DNA from: an uncultured Actinomycetota bacterium
GTDB taxonomy: Bacteria > Actinomycetota > Actinomycetes > Propionibacteriales > Nocardioidaceae
Assembly: GCA_963722135.1 (NCBI GenBank)
Contig: CAVRJT010000001.1
Coordinates: 127,709-191,708 of the forward strand
Reading direction: 5' to 3'
Length of the DNA: 64,000 nt
The notes under the pieces were generated by a model that worked only from the letters and a program-made list of their open reading frames with translations, searched no databases and had not been told where the DNA came from. Below, piece after piece: positions 10,464 through 22,423 of the stretch (within the stretch, counting starts at the first letter, position 1; each line of letters begins with the position of its first letter). The translations under genes and the position numbers were made by a program.

Positions 10464-11167
10464 TCAGAGCAGCAGCGCCACGAGCACGCGGGGCCACGAC
10501 GCTGGTGACCAGGGCGGTCAGCCCCATCGGCAGAGCCCGGAGAAGGCGCCCTCGACGGGGTGGTCGACGATCGTCCGCCCGGTGCCGATGCCGTGCGAGG
10601 CCGAGCCGATCGCCGAGCCCGCGGGCGCGGTGGTCGCGCACCCGCAGCAGGCTCAGCACGCCCGGGACCGGCGACCGCGCCGAGGATGCCCGCGGTGATC
10701 GTCACCGCGGCGGTCAGCGGCGGCAGGCCGCCGAGCGTGTCGGAGACGGCGATGGCGACCGGGGTGGTCGTGGACTTCGGCGCCATGCTGCGCGCCAGCA
10801 GCTCGTCCCCGCCGGCCAGGCGCACCAGCCGCACCGCGGACGCGCACCGAGACCACCGCGCCGGCCACGACGGCGACCAGCAGCGGCAGCACGAACCCGC
10901 GCAGCCGGTCGAGCTGGCGGTGCAGCGGCACCGCGAGGGCCACCGTGGCCGGTCCGAGCACGAAGGTGATCAGCGCCGTGTCGTCGGCGTACGACGCGTA
11001 GTCGACGTCGAGGAGCACGACCAGCGTCCCCACGAGCACGATCGCCACCAGCACCGGCTGGGCCAGCGGGTGCGGCCCGGTGCGGTCGCGCAGCCAGCAG
11101 CCGAGCTGGTAGGCCAGCAGGGTCACCACCAGCCACAGCAGCGGCTGGTCGAGCAGCGAGCGCTCAC
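10464..11167 (-). CDS. LrgB/CidB family membrane protein (frameshifted)
   Basis: LGPATVALAVPL, SMAPKSTTTPVAI, HGIGT. Confidence 0.85.
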
Positions 11168-11542
11168 GACGCCCCCGGCCCGGGCGCGTCGACGACGCGG
11201 GTGCGCCGACCGAGCCGGTCGGCCAGCACGCCCACCACCGCGAGGCCCAGGAACCACGAGCCGACCAGCGAGACGAGCACGGCGAGCAGGTCGTCGCGCA
11301 GCACCCCGGCGTAGGCGACGATGCCCACCCCGGCCGGGCACGAACAGCAGCTGCAGGTGCGGCAGCAGCGACGTCGGCGGTGCGGTGCACGGGGCTGTCC
11401 TCCGGCGGGTCGGCGCACCGTGAGCACGAGCAGCAGCAGCACCATGCCCACCACCGGGCCCGGGCACGGGCACGCCCGTGGCCTCGACGACCAGCTCGCC
11501 GACGAGCTGGCAGGCCAGCAACCAGAGGAGTCCGCGCAGCAC
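11164..11542 (-). CDS. CidA/LrgA family membrane protein (frameshifted)
   Basis: LLACQLVGE, PVPGPVVGMVLL, HLQLLFVPAGVG. Confidence 0.85.
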
Positions 11543-11546
11543 CGGC

Positions 11547-12130
11547 TCAGTGTGCCCGACGGTGGCAGCCCACGAGGTGCGGGTCGAAGAGACCGATGGC
11601 CTCCATCAGCGCGAACATCGTCGTCGGGTCCGACGAACGACGAAGCCGCGCCGCTTGAGCTCCTTGCTCAGCGCCGACGACTCGGGCGAGGTGGTCTGCT
11701 GCTCGGCGGTCGTGGCGGGGCGGGCGGGTGCTCGGGGGCGTGGGCGAGCACCAGCGCTCCAGCCCGCCGTCGTCGCGCAGCGCCAGCGGTCGCGCGGGCG
11801 TTGGTCACCGCCGCCTCGATCTTGCGGCGGTTGCGGACGATGCGGGCCTCACCCATCAGCCGCTCGACGTCGGCGGCGGCGTACGCCGCGACGACGCTCG
11901 GCGTCGAAGCCCGCGAAGACCTCGCGGAAGGCCGGTCGCTTCGCCAGGATCGTCGACCAGGACAGCCCCGACTGGAACGCCTCGAGCGTCAGCCGCTCGA
12001 GGTGGGCGCTCTCGCCCGTGGACGCGGCGGCCCCACTCGTGGTCGTGGTAGTCGCGCATCGTGCCGGGCGGCGCCCGCCCACGGGCAGCGGGCCAGGCCG
12101 TCGTCCCCGGCGACCGGTCCGACGCGGCTG
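11547..12130 (-). CDS. tag: DNA-3-methyladenine glycosylase I (frameshifted, start approximate)
   Basis: RCPW, YHDHEWG, LEAFQSGLSWSTILAKR, IVRNRRKI. Confidence 0.85.
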
Positions 12131-12134
12131 CCGC

Positions 12135-13147
12135 TCAGCCGCGCTCCCGGAGCCGGGCGTTCGGCAGCGGCGGCGCCGGGATCGGGGGCAGGTGGTCGCC
12201 GGCGACCACGCCGAAGCGCCCGGGGGCGACCTGCTGGGCGTCGGCGACCACCTCGCCGTCGCGCTCGACCTGCGCCTGCCACTCCTCGCGGAAGGCCACG
12301 ACCTCCTCGTGGCTGCGGCCCACGAAGTTCCACCACATCACGATCGACTCGCCGAACGGCGTCGCCGCCGAGCAGCAGCAGCCGGGCTCCGGTCGTCGCC
12401 GGCGACCAGGGTCAGTGACGTCCGCCTCCCGGCGGGCACGTAGGCCGAGCTCGTAGCGGGCGACCTCGACCCCGTCGACGACCACCGCGCCGAGGTCGAC
12501 CAGCACGCCGTGCTCGTGCGCCGGGTCGACGTCGAGGCGCAGCGAGGTGCCGGGCTCGAGGAGCGATCTCGGCGCCGACCAGCGGGGTGTGCGTGCGCAC
12601 CGGCGAGCGTGGCGCCGAGCAGCGTCGCCGAGGAAGACCCGCGCCTCGCCAGCCGGGCCCGGTCGACCGGCGTCGGGCGCGTGGTACTCGAAGCCCGGGT
12701 CGCAGTGGCGGGTCGCGTCCGGCAGCGCGACCCACAGCTGGGCGCCGTGCAGCGTGGTGGTGTCGGCGGTGGAGATCTCGGAGTGGCTGATGCCGCGCCC
12801 GGCCGTCATCAGGTTCAGCTCGCCGGGGCGCACCATCGCGTGGCTGCCCACGGAGTCGCGGTGCTCGATCTCGCCGGTGAACAGCCAGCTGACCGTCTGC
12901 AGGCCGGTGTGCGGGTGCGGGGTGACCGACATGCCCCCGGTGAGCGCCGACGTCGTCGGGCCCGTAGTGGTCGACGAAGCACCACGCGCCGATCAGCGAG
13001 CGCGAGCGCTGCGGGAGGGTGCGGCGTACGAGCATGCGCGCGGGGACCGCCGAGCGGCACCTCGCGCGCCGGCAGCACCTCCACGCCGCCCGTCAGCGGG
13101 CCCGGCGCGCAGTCGACCTCGTCGGGGTGCGGGTCGGGGTTGCTCAC
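12135..13147 (-). CDS. Pirin family protein (frameshifted)
   Basis: GAWCFVDHYGP, PHPHTGLQTVSW, MTAGRGISHSE, QLWVALP, MWWNFV. Confidence 0.92.
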
Positions 13148-13163
13148 CTCCCGAGACTAGCCG

Positions 13164-13215
13164 CCGACCCGGCCTAGATCTCGCGCTGACCCGGCCCAGA
13201 GCCGCTCGACCCGGC
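13164..13215. repeat. Degenerate ~22-bp tandem repeat (family B)
   Basis: GACCCGGC at 13166, 13188 and 13208; the unit at 13168-13189 matches the reverse complement of the 50406 repeat at 18/22. Confidence 0.6.
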
Positions 13216-13313
13216 GGACACCCTCTGGACCACCTGGCCACCCGGCGCGAGCCGGAGGGCTAGGTTGCCGCGGACGGACGACACGCAGCCCTCCACGGAC
13301 CAAGGAGCCCGCC

Positions 13314-14125
13314 ATGAGCGATCCACCAACCGCCCGCCGCCCCCGCCCCCGCCGCCCGGAGACGGGTACGGCGCACCGCCGCCGGGCCCCCAGGGGCCCA
13401 GGGTCCGGACGGGCCAGCCCCCCCGGCACTGGTCGGTCGGGGACGCGCTGGCCTGCGGGCTGGGCGAAGTTCCAGGCCAACGTCGCGCAGATCCTGCTCT
13501 CGGCGCTGGTGCTGATCGTGGCGCTGCGCGTGGTCGGCGGCGATCGGCTTCGCGCTGACCAGCCTGCTCACCTCCGAGGCCGAGTGCGGCTATCGACGCC
13601 GCGGGCGACTTCGTCTGCGACCGACGGCACCGGCTTCGTGCGTCGGCCTCGTCGTCAGCGCCCTGGTCAGCGCGCTGATGCTGCTGGTCGCGCTCGTCGT
13701 CGGCGCCGGGCTGGTGCGCGCCAGCCTCGCGGTCACCGAGGGGCGGCTCGTTCCAGTTCAGCGACGTGATCCGCACCGACAAGCTCGGTCCGGTCGTGAT
13801 GGCCGCGCTGATCATCGCGGTGCTCACGTTCATCGGCACGCTGCTGTGCTACCTGCCCGGGCCTGGTGGTCGGCTTCGCGACGTCGTACACGATGTTCTT
13901 CATCATCGACCGCGACATGGGCGCCGTCGAGGCGATCAAGGCCAGCGTGCGAGCTGGTGATGGCCAACCTCGCCAACACGCTCGTCTGGTACCTCGTGGG
14001 CGGCCTCGTCGCCGCTGCCGGGTTCCTGCTCTGCGGCGTCGGCGCCCTGGTCACCGTGCCCGGTCGTCCTGCTCGGCACCGCCTTCACCTACAAGCGCCT
14101 CACCGGCCAGCCGGTCGCCGCCTGA
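13314..14125 (+). CDS. Pro-rich integral membrane protein (frameshifted)
   Basis: PPPP N-terminus, SVGDAL..GWAKF, multiple TM segments, FFIIDR.MGAVEAIKAS, YKRLTGQPVA. Confidence 0.7.
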
Positions 14126-14132
14126 CCCCCAC

Positions 14133-14282
14133 CGACGAGCGGTCACTTTCGCACCACCCAGCAGTCAGTTCTGCACCCCTGGCCTCGTCCGAGACCGAGC
14201 AGGAGTGACCGCTCGGCGGTGCAGAAGTGACCGCTCGGCGGTGCAGAAGTGACTGGTCGATGGTGCAGAAGTGACTGGTCGT
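14133..14282. repeat. Inverted arrangement of 22-bp tandem repeats (family A, REPIN-like)
   Basis: About 3.5 direct copies of GTGACYGSTCGRYGGTGCAGAA at 14205/14227/14249/14271, plus two inverted copies at 14133-14178. Confidence 0.85.
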
Positions 14283-14285
14283 GGG

Positions 14286-15461
14286 TCAGAGGCGGCGGCC
14301 CGCCCAGCTGAACGGGTAGTCGGGGTCCTCGACGGCGAGCGCGCCCTCGCCGAGCTCGAGCGGGGCGAAGGTGTCGACCATGACCGCCGACTCCTCGAAG
14401 GCCTCGGCGCCCAGCGAGGCCTCGATCGCCTCGGGCTGCGGGCCGTGGGCGTGCCCGCCGGGGTGCAGCGAGACGGAGCCGAGCCCGATGCCCGAGCCCT
14501 TGCGCGCCTCGTAGTCGCCGGCGACGTAGAACATCACCTCGTCGGAGTCGACGTTCGAGTGGTAGTAGGGCACCGGGATCGCGAGCGGGTGGTAGTCGAC
14601 CTTGCGGGGCAGGAAGTTGCAGATGACGAAGTTGTGCCCCTCGAAGACCTGGTGCACCGGCGGCGGCTGGTGCACCTTGCCGGTGATCGGCATGTAGTCG
14701 TCGATGTTGAACGTGAAGGGGTACAGGCAGCCGTCCCAGCCGACCACGTCGAAGGGGTGGGTGTCGTAGACCATCCGGGTGCCCACGACCCCGGCCGAGG
14801 TGCGGTGCTTGACCAGCACCTCGACGTCGCTCCCCTCCTGCAGCAGCGGCTCGCCCGGCCCGTGCAGGTCGCGCTCGCAGTACGGCGCGTGCTCGAGGAG
14901 CTGGCCGTAGCGCGACAGGTAGCGCTTGGGTGGGGCGATGTGGCTGTTCGCCTCGATGGCGTAGAGCCGGCTCGGCTCGGCGGGCACCCAGCGGTGCGTG
15001 GTGGCGCGCGGGACCACCACGTAGTCGCCGGCGCGGTAGGCCACGGCCCCGAAGACGGTCTCCACGACGCCGCTGCCGGACTCGATGAAGACGCACTCGT
15101 CCCCGATCGCGTTGCGGTACAGCGGCGAGGCGCTGGTGCCGGTGACGACGTAGGAGATCCGCACGTCGTTGTTGCCCAGCACCAGCCGGCGGTCGGTGAC
15201 GGCGTCGGGTCCGGTGCCGAGGTCCTGCAGGCGCAGGTGGCGCGGGGCCAGCGGGTGGTTCGGGGTGCGGGTCTGGTCGGGCACCTGCCAGATCTCGGTG
15301 GCCACGACCGCCGACGGCACGCCACGGTGGTAGAGCAGGGAGGAGTCGGAGGAGAAGCCCTCCTCCCCCATCAGCTCCTCGCGGTAGAGCCGTCCCTCGG
15401 GGTCGCGCAGCTGGGTGTGGCGCTTGCCGGGCACCTCGCCGAGGCGTCGGTAGTAGGCCAT
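14286..15461 (-). CDS. hmgA: Homogentisate 1,2-dioxygenase
   Basis: ELMGEEGFSSDSSLLYH, HPFDVVGWDG, HQPPPVH, PYYHSNVDSDE, SLHPGGHAHGP. Confidence 0.9.
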   Translation of the reverse strand: MAYYRRLGEVPGKRHTQLRDPEGRLYREELMGEEGFSSDSSLLYHRGVPSAVVATEIWQVPDQTRTPNHPLAPRHLRLQDLGTGPDAVTDRRLVLGNNDVRISYVVTGTSASPLYRNAIGDECVFIESGSGVVETVFGAVAYRAGDYVVVPRATTHRWVPAEPSRLYAIEANSHIAPPKRYLSRYGQLLEHAPYCERDLHGPGEPLLQEGSDVEVLVKHRTSAGVVGTRMVYDTHPFDVVGWDGCLYPFTFNIDDYMPITGKVHQPPPVHQVFEGHNFVICNFLPRKVDYHPLAIPVPYYHSNVDSDEVMFYVAGDYEARKGSGIGLGSVSLHPGGHAHGPQPEAIEASLGAEAFEESAVMVDTFAPLELGEGALAVEDPDYPFSWAGRRL

Positions 15462-15553
15462 CTCCGGGTTCCCTTCCGCCGGCTCGCCCTCGGCGAGCGG
15501 TTCGATAAGCGGACACTTGCGTCCGGTATCCGCGTCGTGGCTAGAGTATCCGG

Positions 15554-16383
15554 GTGCCTGCCACGACGGAACCTCTCTGGAGCGGCCTCGTCGACGACGC
15601 CGCGGTCTTCCCGCCCGGGGACGCCCCGCTCGACACCGCGGTGCGGGCCTACCTCGAGCGCAGCGAACCCCTCGTGGGCGCGTTCGTGCTGCGCGACACG
15701 GACCTGCCGCACGTCGCGCCGGGCCCGCCGCTGGCCGTCGTGCTGACCGGCGGCGCCGGCCAGGTCGCCGGGCCCGCCGCGCTCGCGACCCGTGCCGGGC
15801 ACACCCTGGTCGCGCTCGAGATCGCGCTGCGCGACCTCGACGACCTCGCTGGCAACGCCCGCCGCGTGGTGGCCGCCGTCGACGTGGCCCGCGCGGCCGG
15901 GGACCTCGACGAGGACGTCGCGGTCCACGTCGAGCTGCCCGCGACGCCCGGCCCGCCGTCGTACGGCTGGTTGGCCGCGGCCGACGAGGTCGCCTCGGCC
16001 GAGCTGCTGCTCAAGTTCCGCACCGGTGGCCTCGATGCTGACGCCCACCCCGCGTCCGCGACGCTGGCGGCCTGGATCGACGCCGCCCTCGACCGCGAGA
16101 CCCCGTTCAAGTGCACCGCGGGACTGCACCGCGCGGTGCGGCACACCGGCACCGACGGCGTCGAGCGCCACGGCTTCCTGAACGTGCTGCTCGCCACCCG
16201 GCGCGCCTTCGACGGCGCCAGCCCGACCGACGTGGTCGCGACCCTCGAGGAGCGCGACGGCGCCACCCTCGCCGTCGCCGTCGGCACCGAGCACCTCGCC
16301 GGCGCGCGCCGGTGGTTCCGCTCCTTCGGCTCCTGCTCGATCTCCGAACCGCTCGCCGACCTCGACGCCCTGGGGGTGCTCGC

Positions 16384-16387
<4 letters not shown>
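15554..16387 (+). CDS. Conserved hypothetical enzyme upstream of fahA
   Basis: LVDDAAVFPPG, KFRTGG, FKCTAGLH, HGFLNVL, SFGSCS..EP; intact ORF with ATGA overlap into fahA. Confidence 0.8.
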
Positions 16388-17526
<1,139 letters not shown>

Positions 17527-17589
17527 GGCCGGGCCGCCGCGCAGCGTGTCGGACCTGATCGCCGCGTCGACGCTGAGACGATCATCCGC

Positions 17590-19386
17590 GTGCCCACCTC
17601 GTCGGAGTCGCCCCAGCACGGCCTGACCCACCGTCGTTCCCTCGTCCGTGCCGCCGTCGGTGGAGCGGTGGCGGTCGGGGCCCTCGGCGGGGTCGTGCGC
17701 CTGACCCAGGGCACCGACGGCGACGAAGACGGCGCCGGCTCGCTGACCCTGGCGGCCGAGGACGGCTCGGACGTCGCCTTCCTCGCGGTGCCGATCGCGG
17801 CACGCCTGGTCCGAGGACGGGACGGCGTGCACCAGAGCGCCGCGCTGCCCACGTCGACGTACTCGATGGCCGCCGTCACCTGGCGCGGCACCGAGGGACC
17901 CCCGCGTGTGTCGGTGCGCGCCCGTCGGGACGGCACCTGGACCGCCTGGACCCCGCTGCCCCACATCGACGACCGGCCCGCCGAGGACCGGGACCGAGAC
18001 GTCCGCGAGGGCACCGTCGCCTGGTGGGCCGGGCCCAGCCGCTCGATCCAGGTGCGGGTGCAGGGCGCCCTGCCTCCCGACCTGACCCTGGTGCTGCTGC
18101 ACCCCGCCCCGCGCGACGCCGATGCGGGCGCCGGGTGGGCGCCGTCGGAGACGCTGGGGCGCCGTACGGTCGACCGCCCCGCCCCGCAACCGGCCCTCGT
18201 GACCCGCGTCCAGTGGGGGGCCGACGAGTCGTGGCGCGACGGGTCGCCCCGCTACGACACCACGATCGGCCAGGTGCACGTGCACCACACGGCGAGCGGC
18301 AACACCTACAGCCGCGCCGACGTCCCGGCGCTGCTGCGCGGCTTCTACCGCTACCACACCCAGAGCCTGGGGTGGTCCGACATCGGCTACAACTTCCTCG
18401 TCGACAAGTTCGGTCGCACCTTCGAGGGGCGCGCCGGCGGCGTGACCCGGCCCGTGCGCGGGGCCCACACGCTCGGGTTCAACACCGACTCGACCGGGGT
18501 CTCGGTGATCGGCAACTACGACCAGGTCGCCCCCACCGAGGCGATCATCGACGCCGTGGCCGCGGTCGCCGCCTGGAAGCTCGACGCCTTCGACCGCCGA
18601 CCCCAGGGGACCACCACCGTCCGGTCCTCCGGCAGCGACAAGTACGCCGCCGGCGCCAGCGTGCGGCTGCCGGTCATCGACGGTCACCGCGACACCAACG
18701 ACACCGCCTGCCCCGGCTCGCAGCTCTACCAGCGGCTTCCCGACATCCGCTCGCGCGCGCAGGCCATCGCCGCGGGCACCGGCACGGGTGCCGGGGAGCC
18801 GCAGCCCACGGAGCCGCCCGCTCCCTCCGAGCCGCCCGGCCCGGCCCCGGTCGCCGTGGTCACGGCCTCCGTGGTGAGCGGGGCGCGCCTGGTCGGACGG
18901 CCGGTGCAGGCCCGCAAGGGCAGCTTCGACCCGTCGACGGCGAGGACGACCTTCCAGTGGCTGCGCGACGGCGTACCGGTCGAGGGCGACACCCGGCCGC
19001 GCCACCGCTGCACCGAGGCCGACGTGGGGCACGAGCTGGCGGTGCGGATCACCACCTCGGCCAAGGGACGCACGCCCCTCGTCGAGCTGCTGCCCGCCGG
19101 TCCGGTGCAGGCGCCGAGCACGATGACGGTGGACCCGGAGCGACGTGAGCGGGGTCGGCTGCGGCTGCAGGTGGACCTGCAGGCTCCCGCCGGGGTCGAC
19201 GCTCCCCCCACGGGCGAGGTGACGGTCCGCATCGGTGATCGCCGGGTCGTCGTGGCGGTCGAGGACCTCGACAAGCCGATCGTGCTGGGGCGCCGCCGCC
19301 CGCTGGTGCCGTCGGCGAACCGGCTCGTGGTGACGTACGGCGGCGACGCCAGCTTCACGGGCACCGAGGTCGCGCTGCGGGTCTGA
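17590..19386 (+). CDS. Secreted N-acetylmuramoyl-L-alanine amidase (Amidase_2/PGRP-like) with C-terminal Ig-like domains
   Basis: Tat-like HRRSL signal; HVHHTA, WSDIGYNFLVD, GAHT.GFN, GHRD...TACPG. Confidence 0.88.
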   Translation: MPTSSESPQHGLTHRRSLVRAAVGGAVAVGALGGVVRLTQGTDGDEDGAGSLTLAAEDGSDVAFLAVPIAARLVRGRDGVHQSAALPTSTYSMAAVTWRGTEGPPRVSVRARRDGTWTAWTPLPHIDDRPAEDRDRDVREGTVAWWAGPSRSIQVRVQGALPPDLTLVLLHPAPRDADAGAGWAPSETLGRRTVDRPAPQPALVTRVQWGADESWRDGSPRYDTTIGQVHVHHTASGNTYSRADVPALLRGFYRYHTQSLGWSDIGYNFLVDKFGRTFEGRAGGVTRPVRGAHTLGFNTDSTGVSVIGNYDQVAPTEAIIDAVAAVAAWKLDAFDRRPQGTTTVRSSGSDKYAAGASVRLPVIDGHRDTNDTACPGSQLYQRLPDIRSRAQAIAAGTGTGAGEPQPTEPPAPSEPPGPAPVAVVTASVVSGARLVGRPVQARKGSFDPSTARTTFQWLRDGVPVEGDTRPRHRCTEADVGHELAVRITTSAKGRTPLVELLPAGPVQAPSTMTVDPERRERGRLRLQVDLQAPAGVDAPPTGEVTVRIGDRRVVVAVEDLDKPIVLGRRRPLVPSANRLVVTYGGDASFTGTEVALRV

Positions 19387-19423
19387 GCCGGCGGCGCCCC
19401 GCGCTGCCACTAGATTGCCCGCC

Positions 19424-19918
19424 ATGGGTCTGCTCACTCCGCTCGCCGTCCGCCTGGGCGCCCAGGCCTGGATGCCTCGTCGCCTGCCCCTCGTGGTCCG
19501 GGTCGACACCCGGCTGCAGCGCCTCACGCGCGGGCGGGTGACGCTGCTCGACATCGCCGGGCTGCCCAACCTGGTGCTCACGGTCGCGGGGCGCAGGAGC
19601 GGCATCCCGCGCTCCACACCGCTGCTGTGCGTGCCCGACCAGGGGACGTGGCTGATCGCCGGCTCGTACTTCGGCGCGCCGACGACGCCGGCCTGGGTGC
19701 ACAACCTGCGCACGGCACCGACCGCCACGATCGACGCCGGGGGCGGCTCGGTCGAGGTGAGCGCCAGGGAGCTGGCCGACGACGAGCGGGCCCGGGCGTG
19801 GGCGACGATGCTCGAGGTGTGGCCGAACTACGCCCACTACGAGGCCCGCACCGACCGCCTGATCCCGGTCTTCCGGCTCTCCCCCACCGGGACGCCCGCC
19901 GGGACGGAGCCCGCCTAG
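19424..19918 (+). CDS. F420-dependent (Ddn-like) nitroreductase family oxidoreductase
   Basis: LTVAGRRSG.PRSTPL, GSYFG....PAWVHNL, Y..YEARTDRLIPVFRL; leaderless (TAGATT). Confidence 0.88.
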   Translation: MGLLTPLAVRLGAQAWMPRRLPLVVRVDTRLQRLTRGRVTLLDIAGLPNLVLTVAGRRSGIPRSTPLLCVPDQGTWLIAGSYFGAPTTPAWVHNLRTAPTATIDAGGGSVEVSARELADDERARAWATMLEVWPNYAHYEARTDRLIPVFRLSPTGTPAGTEPA

Positions 19919-19927
19919 GCTCCACGG

Positions 19928-20869
19928 ATGACCTCCCCCGTGCAGCTGGGCCAGCACCCGCCCGCGAGCCACGTGCTGGCACACCTCAGCGACCCGCACC
20001 TGCTCGCCGGTGGTGCGCTGCAGTACGGCGTCGTGGACCCCGAGGCCGGGCTGGTGCTCGCCCTCGAGCGGCTGCGGCGCATGCACCCCGCGCCCCGGGC
20101 GCTGGTCTTCACCGGCGACCTGGCCGACAAGGCCGAGCCGGCGGCGTACCGACGGCTGCGCGAGCTGGTGGAGCCGGCCGCGGCCGCGATGGGCGCGGAG
20201 GTGGTCTGGGTGATGGGCAACCACGACGAGCGGGCGGCGTACGCGCTCGGGCTCTTCGGGGAGGACGCCGACCCCGACGCTCCCCAGGACCGGGTGCACG
20301 ACGTCGACGGGCTGCGGGTGATCGCGCTCGACACCAGCGTGCCCGGCTACCACCACGGCGAGGTCTCGCCCGCCCAGCTGGTCTGGCTGGCCGAGGAGCT
20401 GGCCGTGCCCGCGCCGCACGGCACCGTGCTGGCCATGCACCACCCGCCGATCCCGCTGCCGATGCTGCGCGCCGCGGAGACCATCGAGCTCGCCGACCAG
20501 CACCTGCTCGCGGACGTCCTGGCCGGCTCCGACGTCCGCGCCGTCCTCGGCGGGCACTACCACTACTCGAGCCACTCGACCGTGGCCGGCATCCCGGTCA
20601 GCGTGGCCTCGGCGACCTGCTACACCACCGACCCCGCGCCGCTGGCGCGCTTCGTCTCCGGCGTCGACGGCCACCAGGGCCTCAACGCGGTGCACGTGTA
20701 CGCCGACCGCGTGGTGCACACGGTCGTCCCGCTGTCGGCGGCTCCCGAGGTCAGCGGCTTCCCCGCCGACGTGACCGCGCAGGTCGAGGCCCTGACCCCC
20801 GAGGAGCGCCGCGAGCTGATCTCGCGCAAGGACTCCCCGTTCAACGCCGGCACCCTGCCGGTCCACTGA
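19928..20869 (+). CDS. CpdA/Icc-like metallophosphoesterase
   Basis: HLSDPH, TGDLAD, GNHD, HHPP, GHYH. Confidence 0.9.
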   Translation: MTSPVQLGQHPPASHVLAHLSDPHLLAGGALQYGVVDPEAGLVLALERLRRMHPAPRALVFTGDLADKAEPAAYRRLRELVEPAAAAMGAEVVWVMGNHDERAAYALGLFGEDADPDAPQDRVHDVDGLRVIALDTSVPGYHHGEVSPAQLVWLAEELAVPAPHGTVLAMHHPPIPLPMLRAAETIELADQHLLADVLAGSDVRAVLGGHYHYSSHSTVAGIPVSVASATCYTTDPAPLARFVSGVDGHQGLNAVHVYADRVVHTVVPLSAAPEVSGFPADVTAQVEALTPEERRELISRKDSPFNAGTLPVH

Positions 20870-20884
20870 GCGAGGGCTGCGACC

Positions 20885-22423
20885 TCAGTCCCGACGACGC
20901 CGGGCGGAGCGGCGGTGCAGCAGCAGCGCGCCGAGCCCGGCCGGCACCACCAGCGCGAGACCGGCCGCGGTGGAGGCGTCCACCCGGCTCGACGCGGCCG
21001 TGGCCCTGCGGCGCGGCTGGAGGTCCCGGGGCCGCAGCGGCTTGACGTCGCCGATGGTCGAGCCGTCGTAGCGGAAGACGTCGAAGCCGCGGACCAGGTC
21101 GTTGGCGTAGCCGAAGAAGGAGCCGTTCTTCTTGATCTTGTTGGTCTTGAAGGACCAGGCGTCGGAGTCGGGCATCGTGAAGTGGCCGACCTCCTCCATG
21201 CCCACACCGTCACCGAAGGCGATCGCGGCCGGGCCGGCCTGCGGGTCGGCGGCGGCGTCGGCGAGGCCGGAGATGTCGAGGACCCGCACGCCCTTGGAGT
21301 ACCAGGCGATGGTCAGCAGCTTCTGGCGCGGGTAGATCCGCAGCACGTGGGAGGTGCAGGTGGTGCCGTCCTGGACCGAGTACTCCGGGGCGAACCAGGT
21401 GCCGATCTTGGCCGGCGCGGACTCGAGGTCGCCGGTGATGTCGTAGAGGTGCAGCCCGCCGCCGGGGCACTCCGCCGACGCGGCGGCGCCGGCCCGCTCG
21501 TCGGTGACGACCAGGATGGTGCGCCTGGTGCCGTCGGAGTCCTTCAGGGTCACCGGGTCGGCCTGGTGCGAGACGTTGACGGCCGGGTCGATGATCTGCC
21601 CGACCACCGAGGGGTCGGCGGGGTCGGTGGTGTCGAGGACCAGCGTCTGCGAGAGCGCGGCGGAGTAGGCGCGGGTGCCGTCGGCGCTGAAGGTGATGTC
21701 GTGCGACTCCGAGCCCAGCGACGTGGGCACGAACGGGATCGCGAAGTCCTGCACCTTCACCGGGCGGGTCGGGCGACGGATGTCGTAGATGGTGATCGTG
21801 GGCTCGGGGCCGGCCGTGAGCAGGTCGGAGTTCGAGTTGTAGAGCCACTTGCCGCTGGGGTGGATGGACATGTTGTGCGAGCCCGCACCCACCGGCAACC
21901 AGCTGACGGTGCCCGGCCGCTTCGGGTCGGTCAGGTCGACGATGACGGTGCCGGCGTCGCCGGCCTCGAGGCCCAGCTCGGTGCCGCAGCGCGAGGCGGC
22001 ACCGGCGGCGCCCACGGTGCCGTCGGCGGTGTAGCTGGCCAGCACCCGGCCGCGCCGCTTCCAGACCTGGATGTCGCCCTGGGAGATCTTGCAGTCGTAG
22101 ACCGCGACCCGCTTCGGCTTGCGGGGCCGGGTGATGTCGATGACCTGCAGGCCGCCGGCCAGCGTGCCGGCGAGCGCGTACTCGCGCTTGCCGAGCCGCA
22201 TGAACTCGATGTCCGAGCCGTTCTGCGCCGTCCCGGTGTCGTCGTACTGCAGGTTGGCGACGTACGACATCGCCACCCCCTCACCCTGCGTCGTGACCTC
22301 GGCGGCCCGGGTGTTGGTGGGCAGGTCGCCGTCCTGGTGCGCGAAGGCCGAGGGCGCCGCGAGCACGGGGGCGAGGGCGCTGAGGGCCAGGGCGAGCAGG
22401 GCGGAGCCGGCGCGTCGGGTCAT
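20885..22423 (-). CDS. Secreted LVIVD-repeat beta-propeller protein with C-terminal membrane anchor
   Basis: Signal peptide ending AFA-H; repeats GLQVIDIT, TVIVDLTDP, GLHLYDIT, GVRVLDIS; C-terminal TM plus basic tail. Confidence 0.8.
   Translation of the reverse strand: MTRRAGSALLALALSALAPVLAAPSAFAHQDGDLPTNTRAAEVTTQGEGVAMSYVANLQYDDTGTAQNGSDIEFMRLGKREYALAGTLAGGLQVIDITRPRKPKRVAVYDCKISQGDIQVWKRRGRVLASYTADGTVGAAGAASRCGTELGLEAGDAGTVIVDLTDPKRPGTVSWLPVGAGSHNMSIHPSGKWLYNSNSDLLTAGPEPTITIYDIRRPTRPVKVQDFAIPFVPTSLGSESHDITFSADGTRAYSAALSQTLVLDTTDPADPSVVGQIIDPAVNVSHQADPVTLKDSDGTRRTILVVTDERAGAAASAECPGGGLHLYDITGDLESAPAKIGTWFAPEYSVQDGTTCTSHVLRIYPRQKLLTIAWYSKGVRVLDISGLADAAADPQAGPAAIAFGDGVGMEEVGHFTMPDSDAWSFKTNKIKKNGSFFGYANDLVRGFDVFRYDGSTIGDVKPLRPRDLQPRRRATAASSRVDASTAAGLALVVPAGLGALLLHRRSARRRRD

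Noticed and set aside
14205-14282. Possible mini-CRISPR array
   Set aside because: The period is only 22 bp, the 8-nt variable parts are repeated rather than unique, and there are no cas genes.
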